A stretch of DNA of 64,000 nt from Acidobacteriota bacterium (GTDB lineage Bacteria; Acidobacteriota; UBA4820; DSQY01), in the NCBI GenBank assembly GCA_037444825.1, contig JBBILR010000001.1, positions 11,879 to 75,878 on the forward strand, in the 5' to 3' direction. Under the pieces are notes generated by a model. The model saw nothing but the letters and a program-made list of their open reading frames with translations. It made no database searches and had not been told where the DNA came from. Below, piece after piece: positions 27,611 to 40,417 of this stretch. How positions within the stretch are numbered: the first letter of the stretch is position 1; the number at the start of each line of letters is the position of its first letter. A program made the translations under genes and the position numbers.

Positions 27611-28078
27611 TCACCGCGGGCGGACGCGCATGGTGCCGTCCTGGGCGGTGAGGACCTCCACCTCCTGGCCCGGCGTGAAGGTCTCCCCCGGGGCCTGTGC
27701 CTGGACGATGGCGTAGGTGATCCCCGACTCCAAACGGACGACGATCTCCAGGGCGGGGTACCGGGCGCCGTCCCGCTCCATGGCGTTTCCCGCCAGGGAC
27801 CCGAGGATCGCTCCGGCCACGGTGGCCAGGGCCTTTCCGCTGCCCTGGCCCACCGCCGATCCGGCGGTGGCGCCGGCCACCATGCCGGCGAAGCCCCCGA
27901 AGCCCGAGGGGGTGCCCTCGATGGAGACGGCGCGGACCCCCTCCACCACGCCCCGCTGGACGGTCATGGGGAGGCGGGCCTCCCGCGGGGAGTAGACCCG
28001 CCCCGAGGGCCCCGCGGCGCAGGCCAGGGACAGGAGGGTCACGAGAACGAGAACGGCGAAGGGTCCGTTGGGCTTCAT
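27611..28078 (-). CDS. outer-membrane lipoprotein with glycine-zipper (Slp / 17-kDa antigen-like) domain
   Basis: MKPNGPFAVLVLVTLLSLACAAG has a lipobox. GFGGFAGMVAGATAGSAVGQGSGKALATVAGAILGSLAGNA is a glycine zipper. Confidence 0.75.
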   Translation of the reverse strand: MKPNGPFAVLVLVTLLSLACAAGPSGRVYSPREARLPMTVQRGVVEGVRAVSIEGTPSGFGGFAGMVAGATAGSAVGQGSGKALATVAGAILGSLAGNAMERDGARYPALEIVVRLESGITYAIVQAQAPGETFTPGQEVEVLTAQDGTMRVRPR

Positions 28079-28251
28079 GGCGGCCTCCAGGGAGCCGAGA
28101 CCTTTCCGGCTCTCTTCCCATTATAGGGCTCCTCGGGGCTCGATTCCCGTGACGGGGAACACAACCGGCCGGAGAAAGTGGGCCGGCAGAAGATCCCGAC
28201 AAGGAAGCGGTGCCCCTCGGCGGGGGGAGTCTCGCCGCCGTGTGGTACCAT

Positions 28252-28267
28252 CCTCCTCTCAAGGAGG
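28252..28267 (+). promoter_or_regulatory. anti-SD/SD hairpin CCTCCT-CTCA-AGGAGG sequestering the RBS of the downstream gene (ATG 28273)
   Basis: A perfect 6-bp inverted repeat whose 3' arm is the Shine-Dalgarno. Read directly from the sequence. Confidence 0.4.
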
Positions 28268-28272
28268 ACCTC

Positions 28273-28860
28273 ATGAGGGCTTCTCGGAAGACGTGGGCGG
28301 CGGGCTTGCTGTTGCTCGGTCTGGTCTTGGTGGTCCCCGCGGCCACGAGGCTCGTCTCGGGAACCTCCGAGGAGGAGTGGCCCGCCCTCAAGGAACGGCT
28401 CGCCCGGGTGGATCTCGACGGCGCCCCCTACACCTACGCCAAGCGCACCCGCAACTACGACTTCGAGGTGGCCTTCCGCACCCCCTTCGCCCAGGCGGCG
28501 GCCTTCGTCCAGCGCAACGCCAAGAACCCCGAGGCGGTAACCCTCGAGCGCTGCCTGTCCTTCCTCAACTCGGGCGTCGTGGCGGTGGATGTCTCGGCCA
28601 TGGCCCGGGGGAAGGAGCAGGCGGAGGGGGTGAAGGCCGTCCTGCGCGTGGACGGCAAGGACCTTTCCCCCCTCTCCGTCCAGGAACACGCCACGAGGCT
28701 CCGCCAGATCGGCTTCTACGCGGAGCCCTACGACCAGGCCTCCCACACTTTCTTCTTCGACGCCGAGGCCCTTTCCGGCGCCTCCTCGGTTTTCGTGGTC
28801 CTCACCGACGCCGAGGGCCGCGAGGTGGAAATCCGCGTCAAGACCGAACGGCTGGAGTGA
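28273..28860 (+). CDS. hypothetical exported protein (signal peptide), no recognisable domain
   Basis: MRASRKTWAAGLLLLGLVLVVPAATRLVSG... The start is at M22 of the track ORF, with AAGGAGG 6 nt upstream. Confidence 0.55.
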   Translation: MRASRKTWAAGLLLLGLVLVVPAATRLVSGTSEEEWPALKERLARVDLDGAPYTYAKRTRNYDFEVAFRTPFAQAAAFVQRNAKNPEAVTLERCLSFLNSGVVAVDVSAMARGKEQAEGVKAVLRVDGKDLSPLSVQEHATRLRQIGFYAEPYDQASHTFFFDAEALSGASSVFVVLTDAEGREVEIRVKTERLE

Positions 28861-28957
28861 CGGGCCGCCGAGCCGGCACCCGCCCCGTCCGGCCCCCGTC
28901 CCGCTTTCCCCTCCCTCCCCTCCTGTGGTACCCTCCCCCCGACCGCGGGAGGCCGGG

Positions 28958-30091
28958 ATGACGGGGTACCTGCTCCTCGAGGACGGAAGCCGGTTCGAGG
29001 GCAGGGGATTCGGTTTCAAGGGGACGGTCCTCGGCGAGGCGGTCTTCCAGACGGCCATGGTGGGGTACCAGGAGATCCTTACCGACCCCTCCTACGCGGG
29101 CCAGCTCGTCGTCATGACCTACCCCCACATGGGGAACTACGGCGTCAACCCCCAGGACGTGGAGTCCCGCCGCCCGCACCTCAAAGGCTTCCTGGTGCGG
29201 GAACTCTCCACCCTCCCCTCCAACTGGAGGGCCCGGGGGACCCTCGACTCCTACCTGCGGGAGCACGGGGTGGTGGGGCTCCAGGACGTGGACACGCGGG
29301 CCCTGACCCGCCACCTGCGCAGCCGCGGCGCCTTGAAGGCCCTGCTGACCAACGAGGACCTGCCGCCGGAGAAGGCCCGGGAAACCCTGGCCGCCTTCGA
29401 AGGCATCGACGGGAAGGACCTCACCGGGGCCGTCTCCTGCCGCAAGGCCTACGCCTTCCGCTACGAGGGCGGCAACGAGCCCCCCCACTTCCGGGAGACC
29501 CTCGCCCCGGGCCGGGTGGCCTCCGGCCGGCTCCACGTGGTGGCGGTGGACTTCGGCCTCAAGGAGAACATCCTGCGGAACCTGCTCCTGAGGGGCTGCG
29601 AGGTGACGGTGATCCCCGCCTACGCCCCGGTGCGGGACCTGGTGGCCCTGGGGCCCGACGGGGTCTTCCTGAGCAACGGGCCGGGGAACCCCGAGATGGC
29701 GGCGGCGGCCCTCCCTCTCGTTCGATACGCGGCCGAGCACTTCCCCACCTTCGGCATCTGCTTCGGCCACCAGCTCCTGGCCCTGGCCTTCGGGGGGAGG
29801 ACCTACAAGCTCCCCTTCGGCCACCGGGGGGCCAACCACCCGGTGGTGCACCTGGAGACGGGAAGGGTGGAGATCACCAGCCAGAACCACGGCTTCGCCG
29901 TGGAGGAGGCCTCCCTTCCCGAGGCCTTCGAGCCCACCCACCGAAGCCTCAACGACGGGACCCTGGAGGGGATGCGCCACCGGGAGCTGAACGTCTTCTC
30001 CGTGCAGTACCACCCCGAGGCGAGCCCCGGCCCCCACGACTCCCTCTACCTCTTCGACGAGTTCGTGAAGCGCATGGAAGAGAAGACATGA
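28958..30091 (+). CDS. carA: carbamoyl-phosphate synthase small (glutamine amidotransferase) subunit
   Basis: [49 protein letters not shown]...[32 protein letters not shown]. Confidence 0.95.
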   Translation: MTGYLLLEDGSRFEGRGFGFKGTVLGEAVFQTAMVGYQEILTDPSYAGQLVVMTYPHMGNYGVNPQDVESRRPHLKGFLVRELSTLPSNWRARGTLDSYLREHGVVGLQDVDTRALTRHLRSRGALKALLTNEDLPPEKARETLAAFEGIDGKDLTGAVSCRKAYAFRYEGGNEPPHFRETLAPGRVASGRLHVVAVDFGLKENILRNLLLRGCEVTVIPAYAPVRDLVALGPDGVFLSNGPGNPEMAAAALPLVRYAAEHFPTFGICFGHQLLALAFGGRTYKLPFGHRGANHPVVHLETGRVEITSQNHGFAVEEASLPEAFEPTHRSLNDGTLEGMRHRELNVFSVQYHPEASPGPHDSLYLFDEFVKRMEEKT

Positions 30092-30167
30092 CGGCCGGAA
30101 GCCTTGCGGAACGGAAGCCCATGTCGGTCTCCGGGGCACGAGACGCCGCCGGCGGGGAGGGCGGCCC

Positions 30168-33365
<3,198 letters not shown>

Positions 33366-33462
33366 GGCGCCCCCACCGGCGGCGGAATGAAAGGCCGGGC
33401 GGAGGCCGTTCCAGTGGGAGCGGGGCCTCGGCGGGGCGGGTTTCGGGGAAACGGAGAAGACC

Positions 33463-34686
33463 ATGAAGCCGGACGAGAAGAGCGAGGCGGGTTTGGAGCG
33501 GCTCCAGATCCCCGAGGAGCGGCGGGGCGGCCGCCGCCGAGGCGGGCGTCTCTGGGCGGTCCTCCTGGGGGCGGCCGGGCTCCTGTTCCTGGCGGTTCTC
33601 CTTCGGTGGGCGCTCCGACCCGTGGAGGTCCCGGTGGCCAAGGTCCTGGAGCCTTCGGGTCCCGAGGGGCAGGCCATCCTCCAGGCCTCGGGGTACGTCA
33701 CCCCCCGGCGGCGGGCCACGGTGGCCGCCAAGATCACCGGCCGTGTGGCCGAAATGCTCGTGGAGGAGGGGATGCGGGTGGAGGCCGGCCAAGTGCTGGC
33801 CCGCCTGGACGACGCCGAGGCAAAAAGGCGCCTCGCCGCCGCGGAGGCGGAGGTTCGGCTGGCGAGGGCGCGCCTTCCGGAGGCCCGAGCGAGCCTGGCC
33901 CTGGCCGACGCCCAGTTCCAGAGGGTGAGCGCCCTTCACCGGCGAGGCTTTGCCAGCGACGACGACCGCGACCGCGCCCGGACCGCCTACGACGCGGCCC
34001 GCTCTCAGGTGGCGGCGGCGGAGGAGAGCCTGAAGGCCGCCGAGGCCGCCCGGGAGGTGGCCCGGCAGGATCTGGAAAACTGCACCATCCGGGCGCCTTT
34101 CACAGGCATCGCCGTCTCCAAGGACGCCCAGGTGGGGGAGATGGTCTCCCCCGTCTCGGCGGGGGGCGGTTTCACCCGCACCGGCATCGCCACGGTGGTG
34201 GACATGGACTCCCTGGAGGTGGAGGTGGACGTCAACGAGGCCTTCATCGCGCGGATCCACCCCGGCCAGCGGGTGGAGGCGGCGCTGGACGCCTACCCCG
34301 ACTGGAAGATCCCCGCCGCCGTTCGGACGGTCATCCCCACGGCCGACCGTCAGAAGGCCACGGTGAAGGTCCGGATCGCCTTCGACCGCCTCGACCCCAG
34401 GATCCTGCCGGACATGGGCGTCAAGGTGGCCTTCCTGGGAGAGGCGCCGCCCCCGGGGGCGCCGAGGCCCGCGGCCCTCCTGCCCCGGGAGGCGGTCTTC
34501 ACGCGGGAGGGCAAGCCCTCGGTCTTCGTCCTGGAGGGGGGAAGGCTCCGCCTGAAGGAGGTGCGGCCCGGGGAGGCCCGGGGGGTGGACCTGGAGGTCC
34601 TATCCGGGTGTTCCCCCGGCGACATGGTGGTCACGGGGGGCCAGGAGCGCCTGAAGGACGGCGCCCGGGCCCGGCCTCGGAAATAG
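33463..34686 (+). CDS. efflux transporter periplasmic adaptor subunit (HlyD/MacA family)
   Basis: It has an N-terminal TM segment, a coiled-coil hairpin (AEAKRRLAAAEAEVRLARARL...), and lipoyl and beta-barrel motifs. Confidence 0.85.
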   Translation: MKPDEKSEAGLERLQIPEERRGGRRRGGRLWAVLLGAAGLLFLAVLLRWALRPVEVPVAKVLEPSGPEGQAILQASGYVTPRRRATVAAKITGRVAEMLVEEGMRVEAGQVLARLDDAEAKRRLAAAEAEVRLARARLPEARASLALADAQFQRVSALHRRGFASDDDRDRARTAYDAARSQVAAAEESLKAAEAAREVARQDLENCTIRAPFTGIAVSKDAQVGEMVSPVSAGGGFTRTGIATVVDMDSLEVEVDVNEAFIARIHPGQRVEAALDAYPDWKIPAAVRTVIPTADRQKATVKVRIAFDRLDPRILPDMGVKVAFLGEAPPPGAPRPAALLPREAVFTREGKPSVFVLEGGRLRLKEVRPGEARGVDLEVLSGCSPGDMVVTGGQERLKDGARARPRK

Positions 34687-34701
34687 CGGGGGAAGGAACC
34701 C

Positions 34702-35418
34702 ATGGTGCGCGTGGACGGCGGGGGAACGGGAGCCCTCATCGAGGTCCGGAACCTCGACAAGGTGTACACGCGGGGGGGGCAGACCCTCCACATCCTCGAC
34801 GGCCTCAACCTCGACGTGGAGCGGGGGGAGTTCGTGGCCTTCATGGGACCGTCGGGCTCCGGAAAGACCACCCTCCTCAACCTCCTGGGCGGGCTGGACC
34901 TCCCCACGCGGGGCTCCATCACCGTTGCGGGGGACGAGATCACCGCCCTCTCGGGGGCCCGCCTCGCCGCCTGGCGGGCCCGGCACGTGGGCTTCGTCTT
35001 CCAGATGTTCAACCTCCTGCCGGTGCTGACGGCCTTCCAGAACGTCGAGCTGCCCCTGCTCCTCACCGGGCTCACCCGCGCGGAGCGCAGGGACCACGTG
35101 GAGGCGGCCCTCTCCCTCGTGGGGCTCGCCGACCGCATGGACCACTACCCCCGCCAGCTCTCCGGGGGCCAGGAACAGCGGGTGGCCATCGCCCGGGCCC
35201 TGGTGGCCGACCCCACCTTCCTGCTTTGCGACGAGCCGACGGGGGATCTGGACCGCGCCAGCGCCGAGGAGGTTCTGCGCCTCCTGGAGAGCCTCTCGGC
35301 GGACTTCGGGAAGACCATCCTCCTCGTCACCCACGATCCCAAGGCCGCCGAACGGGCCTCCACCCTCCTGCACCTGGAGAAAGGGGTCCTCGTCGAAGCG
35401 AGGGGGAAGCCGGAGTGA
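34702..35418 (+). CDS. ABC transporter ATP-binding protein (MacB/LolD-type)
   Basis: Walker A GPSGSGKTTLLN, signature LSGGQEQRVAIARAL, and Walker B LLCDEPTGDLD. Confidence 0.9.
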   Translation: MVRVDGGGTGALIEVRNLDKVYTRGGQTLHILDGLNLDVERGEFVAFMGPSGSGKTTLLNLLGGLDLPTRGSITVAGDEITALSGARLAAWRARHVGFVFQMFNLLPVLTAFQNVELPLLLTGLTRAERRDHVEAALSLVGLADRMDHYPRQLSGGQEQRVAIARALVADPTFLLCDEPTGDLDRASAEEVLRLLESLSADFGKTILLVTHDPKAAERASTLLHLEKGVLVEARGKPE

Positions 35419-35523
35419 CGCCGTGGTGAAGAAACGATCGGAGGGTGGGCGCCAGGCGGCTCGCCTCAAGGCCCGGGGGTCCCGCGCCGCCACCGGAATC
35501 CCCCCTTCTCCGGCCTTCCCCCC

Positions 35524-36666
35524 ATGACCCGCTTCCTGCCGCTGCTCTGGGCCAACGTGACGCGGAAGAAGGGGCGGCTTCTCCTCACCGTGGGCTCCTA
35601 CGCGGTGGCCCTCTTCCTCTTCGGCCTCCTCTCCGCCGTGGACGGCGCCTTCAGCCAGGGGGTGGAGGTGGCGGGGGCCGACCGGCTCATCGTGAGAAAC
35701 CGGGTCTCGCTCATCATGCCCCTTCCCTTCGCCTACCGGGACCGGATGCTGGCCCTGCCGGGGGTCAAGACGGTGACCTTCGCCACCTGGTTCGGGGGCA
35801 TCTACCAGGAGGAGCGCAACTTCTTCCCGAACTTCGCCGTGGACCCGGACCACTACCTGGAGACCTACCCCGAGTTCCGGGTGGACCCCGCCCAGTGGGC
35901 CGACTTTCTGAAGGACCGACAGGCCTGCGCCGCCGGGGAAAAGCTCGTGGCGCGCTTCGGCTGGAAGGTGGGGGACCGGATCCCCCTCAAGGGGACCATC
36001 TGGCCGGGGACCTGGGAGTTCAACCTCCGGGCCGTCTACCGGGGGAGCCGGCCCGAGGACGACGAGACCCAGTTCTGGTTCCGTTACGACTACCTGGAGG
36101 AGCGGCGGCCCTGGGGCAAGGGGACGGTGGGCTGGTACGTGGTCCGGGTGACGGACCCCGACCGGGCGGCGTCGGTGGCGCGGGCCATCGACGACCGCTT
36201 CGCCAACTCCTCCTACGAGACGGCCGCCGAGACCGAAAAGGCCTTCGCCGCCGGCTTCGTGCGCCAGATGGGCAACATCCAGGCCCTCATCCTGGCCATC
36301 GGCTCGGTGGTCTTCTTCACCCTCCTTCTGGTGACGGGGAACGTCATGGCCATCGCCGTGCGGGAGCGGCTTTCGGAGATCGGCGTCCTGAAAACCTTGG
36401 GTTTCTCCGACGGGGCGGTCCTGGGCCTCCTCCTCGCCGAATCCTGCCTCTACGCCGCCAGCGGGGCCATCCTGGGCCTCCTCGGCGCCAAGCTCTTCAC
36501 CCTGGCCGGAGACCCCACCGGGGGCCTCCTGGCGGCCTTCTACGTCTCCTGGGGGCGCCTGGGGGCGGGGCTCCTTCTGGCGCTGGCGGTGGGGCTCGCC
36601 GCGGGACTCCTGCCGGGCCTCTTCGCCATGCAGCTGAAGATCGTGGACTCCCTGCGGAGGGCTTAG
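35524..36666 (+). CDS. ABC transporter permease, FtsX-like (MacB/LolC/E family), copy 1
   Basis: MTRFLPLLWANVTRKKGRLLLTVGSYAVALFLF... It is 380 aa with a periplasmic domain and a C-terminal FtsX 3-TM bundle. Confidence 0.85.
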   Translation: MTRFLPLLWANVTRKKGRLLLTVGSYAVALFLFGLLSAVDGAFSQGVEVAGADRLIVRNRVSLIMPLPFAYRDRMLALPGVKTVTFATWFGGIYQEERNFFPNFAVDPDHYLETYPEFRVDPAQWADFLKDRQACAAGEKLVARFGWKVGDRIPLKGTIWPGTWEFNLRAVYRGSRPEDDETQFWFRYDYLEERRPWGKGTVGWYVVRVTDPDRAASVARAIDDRFANSSYETAAETEKAFAAGFVRQMGNIQALILAIGSVVFFTLLLVTGNVMAIAVRERLSEIGVLKTLGFSDGAVLGLLLAESCLYAASGAILGLLGAKLFTLAGDPTGGLLAAFYVSWGRLGAGLLLALAVGLAAGLLPGLFAMQLKIVDSLRRA

Positions 36667-36670
36667 GAAA

Positions 36671-37843
36671 ATGGCCGTGCCGCTCATGTACAACTTGCGC
36701 TCCATCCAGGTCCGCTGGGCCTCCACGGCGGTGGCGGTCCTGGGGATCGCCGGGGCGGTGGCGGTCTTCGTGGCCGTCCTCTCCCTGGCCCGGGGCTTCG
36801 AGCTGACCTTGGTGGAATCGGGCTCGCCCCGTAACGCGTTGGTGCGGAGGGCGGGCTCCAGCGCCGAGATGGAAAGCGTGGTGACGCTGGAGCAGTCCCG
36901 CATCATCGCCGACGCGCCGGGGGTGGCCCGGGACCCCTCGGGAAGGCCCCTGGTCAGCGCCGAGGTGGTGGCCATCGGCGCCTTCCGCCACCGCGCCTCG
37001 GCCTCGGAAGCCCTGGCCCAGGTCCGGGGCGTTTCCGAAGAGGCCCTGAAGGTACGGGACAACCTTCGCGTTTCCGAGGGGCGTTTCCTGAAGCCCGGTC
37101 TCGCCGAGCTGGTAGTGGGGAAGAACGCCGCGAGCATGTACGAGGGCTTTTCGCTGGGGGACAGTCCCCGCTTCGGAGGGCGGACCTGGAAGGTGGTGGG
37201 GATCCTGGACGCCTCGGGCAGCGCCTTCGACTCGGAGGTCTGGGCGGACGCGCGGGTCCTCAACCAGACCTTCAAGCGGCCGGAAAACGTCTTCCAGTCG
37301 GTGACCGTCCGTCTGGAGGATCCCGGGGCCCTCCCCGCCTTCGAGAAGACCCTTCGGGACGACCCCCGCCTCACCGTCCAGGTGGACCGGGAGGACCGGT
37401 ACTACGCCAAGCAGTCCCGGGTGGTCTCCACGCTGATCCGGGTCCTGGGTTACCTGGTGGCCTCGGTGATGGCCGTGGGGGCTCTCTTCGCCGCCCTCAA
37501 CACCCTCTATTCGGCCCTGGCGGCGAGGACCCGCGAAGTGGCCGTCCTGAGGGCCCTGGGCTTCTCCCCCCGGGAGGTGGTTCTCTCCTGGCTCTTCGAG
37601 GCCCTGGTCATCGCCCTCCTCGGGGGGGTGCTTGGGGACCTCCTGGTGGTCCCTTTGAACGGCCTCACCACCTCCACCATCAACTGGCAGACCTTCAGCC
37701 AGATCGCCTTCGCCTTCCGCGTGACGCCGGACCTCCTTCTCCGGGGGCTCCTCTTCGCCCTCGCCATGGGCCTGTTGGGGGGCCTGCCGCCGGCCTTCCG
37801 CGCCGCCCGCATCCCCGTGGCCGCCGCCCTCCGGGAGCTGTAG
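36671..37843 (+). CDS. ABC transporter permease, FtsX-like, copy 2
   Basis: MAVPLMYNLRSIQVRWASTAVAVLGIAGAVAVFVAVLSLARG... It is 390 aa. Confidence 0.85.
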   Translation: MAVPLMYNLRSIQVRWASTAVAVLGIAGAVAVFVAVLSLARGFELTLVESGSPRNALVRRAGSSAEMESVVTLEQSRIIADAPGVARDPSGRPLVSAEVVAIGAFRHRASASEALAQVRGVSEEALKVRDNLRVSEGRFLKPGLAELVVGKNAASMYEGFSLGDSPRFGGRTWKVVGILDASGSAFDSEVWADARVLNQTFKRPENVFQSVTVRLEDPGALPAFEKTLRDDPRLTVQVDREDRYYAKQSRVVSTLIRVLGYLVASVMAVGALFAALNTLYSALAARTREVAVLRALGFSPREVVLSWLFEALVIALLGGVLGDLLVVPLNGLTTSTINWQTFSQIAFAFRVTPDLLLRGLLFALAMGLLGGLPPAFRAARIPVAAALREL

Positions 37844-37947
37844 ATCCGCCGGTCGGCATTCCCTCCGCGAAAGCGGTATCCTGTGCCAAGGAACCGGTTC
37901 CAGGGGGTGCCGACATCGCCCCCCGACGGTGGAGAGGGAGCGGGACC

Positions 37948-39096
37948 ATGGAGCGGGACCTTTCCTGGGTCGAACTCTGGGACGCCTTCGGAGGCGGGGT
38001 CTACCTCTTTTTCTGCCTCATCCACCTCGACCTCTACCTGCGGCGGAGGGACCGCACGGCCCACCTCTTCCTGGCCCTCGCCAGCGCGGGGGCCCTTGTG
38101 GTGGACGGGACGGGATTGGTCCTGCGCCGCCTCGGCCCCCCAGCCCCCTCCTTCCTCGTCTCTCTCAACTTCCTGGGTGTCTCCGTGGCCACGGCGACCC
38201 TCTTCGAGCTGGTGGCGGTCCTGGGCCGCCGGTCGAACGGAAGAGCCTCCCGGGCGGTGGAGGGCCTGCTCCTTCTCCTCCCGGCGGCCCTGCCCTTTTT
38301 CCCCTCCCTGGAGCCTCCCTATTTCCTTCTGGTCTTCGGCGTCCTGTTGGCCTCCACCGTCACGGCCTTCCAGGCGGCCTTCCGGGGGGACCGCGAATCG
38401 GGGATGGTGGCCAAGGGCTTCGTGGTCCTCATGGCCTGCCTCGCGGCGGACGTTCTCAAGGAGCTGAGGCTCCTTCCGGTGCCGGGGGGGCTCCCCATCC
38501 TGGGCTTCATCGTCCTCTTTCTCGCCTCGGCCCGCTCCCTCAACGACCGCTTCGGAAGGGAGGAAGAGGCCTCCCGCACCGATTCCCTCACGGGGCTCAA
38601 GAACCGCCGCGGCTTTCTGGAAGCCTGCGACGGGGCCCTGCAGCGGAGCCGCCGGTCGGGCAAGCCGTTGTCGGTGGTCCTGGCCGACCTGGACCACTTC
38701 AAGGAGGTCAACGACGTCCTGGGCCACGGGGCGGGGGACGAGGTTCTCCAGAAGGTGGCCCGTGAGTTTCGCTCTTCCGTGCGGGAGCAGGACACGGTGG
38801 GCCGCTGGGGAGGCGAGGAGTTCGTCTTCCTCCTCCCCGACACCGAGCTCGCCGGCGCCCTTCGGGTGGCGGAGAACCTCCGCCGGAGGGTGGCGGACCT
38901 GGCCATCGAGGCGGGACGCGGGCGGCTGACCGTCTCGCTGGGGGCGGCGCAGTACCGGCCGGGAACGGACGTCGAGGAGTCCATCTCCCGGGCCGACCGG
39001 GCCCTCTACCGGGCCAAGGAGGGGGGCCGGAACCGTTCGGAGGCGGACGAGTCTTTCCCGGCGGCGCCGAAGGGCCTTTCCGGCCGCGGGTCCTGA
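37948..39096 (+). CDS. membrane-anchored diguanylate cyclase (GGDEF domain)
   Basis: The N-terminus has about 6 TM segments. The C-terminus is RTDSLTGLKNRRGF...VVLADLDHFKEVND..GHGAGDEVL...GRWGGEEFVFLLP with GGEEF and an RxxD I-site (RRSRRSGKP). Confidence 0.85.
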   Translation: MERDLSWVELWDAFGGGVYLFFCLIHLDLYLRRRDRTAHLFLALASAGALVVDGTGLVLRRLGPPAPSFLVSLNFLGVSVATATLFELVAVLGRRSNGRASRAVEGLLLLLPAALPFFPSLEPPYFLLVFGVLLASTVTAFQAAFRGDRESGMVAKGFVVLMACLAADVLKELRLLPVPGGLPILGFIVLFLASARSLNDRFGREEEASRTDSLTGLKNRRGFLEACDGALQRSRRSGKPLSVVLADLDHFKEVNDVLGHGAGDEVLQKVAREFRSSVREQDTVGRWGGEEFVFLLPDTELAGALRVAENLRRRVADLAIEAGRGRLTVSLGAAQYRPGTDVEESISRADRALYRAKEGGRNRSEADESFPAAPKGLSGRGS

Positions 39097-39127
39097 AAAA
39101 GAGGGGGCGGCCAGGCGCCGCCCCCCC
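39096..39127 (-). terminator. intrinsic terminator for pta-ackA: 9-bp GC stem (GGGGGCGGC-CAGGC-GCCGCCCCC) followed on the minus strand by TCTTTTTC; may act bidirectionally for the GGDEF gene
   Basis: Read directly from the sequence. It lies between the GGDEF stop (39096) and the ackA stop (39148). Confidence 0.6.
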
Positions 39128-39147
39128 GTTCCGCGGGCTTTCCCTCT

Positions 39148-40377
39148 TCAGTTCTTCTTGGTCTTCCTCGCCGGCGCTTCGCCTCCCCGGACGATCCGGA
39201 CCGTCTCCCTCGCGATCATCAGCTCCTCGTTGGTGGGGACCACCATCACCGTCACCTTGCTCCTCGCGGAGGAGACGATCTTCTCCCGCTCGGGGCTCTC
39301 GTTGCGCTTCTTGTCGATCTCCACCCCCAGGTAGTCGAGGTTGGAGCAGGCGGTCTCCCGGACCAGCGGGTCGTTTTCGCCGATGCCGGCGGTGAAGACG
39401 ATTACGTCCACGCCGTTCATGGAGGCGGCGTAGGTGCCGATGTACTTGCGGATCCGGTAGCAGAACATCTTGAAGGCGATCTCGGCCCGCTCGTTGCCCT
39501 CGGCCATGGCCCGGTGGATGTCCCGCATGTCGTGGCTCACGCCGGAGACCCCCAAAAGGCCGCTCTTCTTGTTGAGAATCGTTACCACGCCCTCCGCGTC
39601 GGTCTTCTCCACCTCGGCCATGTAGGGGATCAGGGCCGGGTCGATGTCCCCGGAGCGCTGGCCCATCATGAGGCCGTTGAGGGGCGTGAGGCCCATGGAG
39701 GTCTCCAGGGACTTGCCGTTCTGGATGGCGGTGATGGAGCAGCCGTTCCCCAGGTGGGCGGTGATCATTCGAAGGGATTCCAGGGGCTTGCCCAGGATTT
39801 CGGCCGCCCGGTGGGCGACGAACTGGTGGGAGGTGCCGTGGAAGCCGTACCGCCGCACGCCGTGTTTTTCGTAGTACTCGTAAGGGATGGCGTAGAGGTA
39901 GACGTGCTTGGGCATGGTCTGGTGAAAGGCGGTATCGAAGACCGCCACCTGCGGGATGGTGGGGCAGAGCTTCTTGCACGCCTCGATGCCCATGAGGTTC
40001 AGCGGGTTGTGGAGGGGGGCGAAGCGGATGCACTCCCGGATGGCGTCCACCACCGGCTCCTCCAGGAGGGCCGAGGCGTGGAACTTCTCTCCGCCGTGGA
40101 CCACGCGGTGGCCGATGGCGGCGATCTCCCCGGTGTCCTTGAGGACCCCGTACTCGGGGTCGGTGAGGGCGCTGAACATGTCGCTCACCGCCACGGCGTG
40201 GTTGGGGATCCCCGAACGGATGGTGATCTTCCCCACGCCCACCGACTCGTGCTTCAGGCTGGCCCCCTCGGAGCCGATGCGCTCCACGAGCCCCTTGGCC
40301 GCGATCTTCTCGTGCTCCATGTCGAAGAGCTGGTATTTCAGGGACGAACTGCCGCAGTTCACCACCAGGGTCTTCAT
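39148..40377 (-). CDS. ackA: acetate kinase
   Basis: MKTLVVNCGSSSLKYQLFDMEHEKIAAKGLVERIG... It is 409 aa. Confidence 0.95.
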   Translation of the reverse strand: MKTLVVNCGSSSLKYQLFDMEHEKIAAKGLVERIGSEGASLKHESVGVGKITIRSGIPNHAVAVSDMFSALTDPEYGVLKDTGEIAAIGHRVVHGGEKFHASALLEEPVVDAIRECIRFAPLHNPLNLMGIEACKKLCPTIPQVAVFDTAFHQTMPKHVYLYAIPYEYYEKHGVRRYGFHGTSHQFVAHRAAEILGKPLESLRMITAHLGNGCSITAIQNGKSLETSMGLTPLNGLMMGQRSGDIDPALIPYMAEVEKTDAEGVVTILNKKSGLLGVSGVSHDMRDIHRAMAEGNERAEIAFKMFCYRIRKYIGTYAASMNGVDVIVFTAGIGENDPLVRETACSNLDYLGVEIDKKRNESPEREKIVSSARSKVTVMVVPTNEELMIARETVRIVRGGEAPARKTKKN

Positions 40378-40417
40378 CGTGTCCTCCGATTGGGAAAGGG
40401 TTCCCCTCCGCCGGGGC

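Noticed and set aside
34600-38727. 924-aa and 406-aa minus-strand ORFs across the ABC transporter genes
   Set aside because: They lie antisense to four genes that have clear Walker and FtsX signatures, and their composition is featureless.
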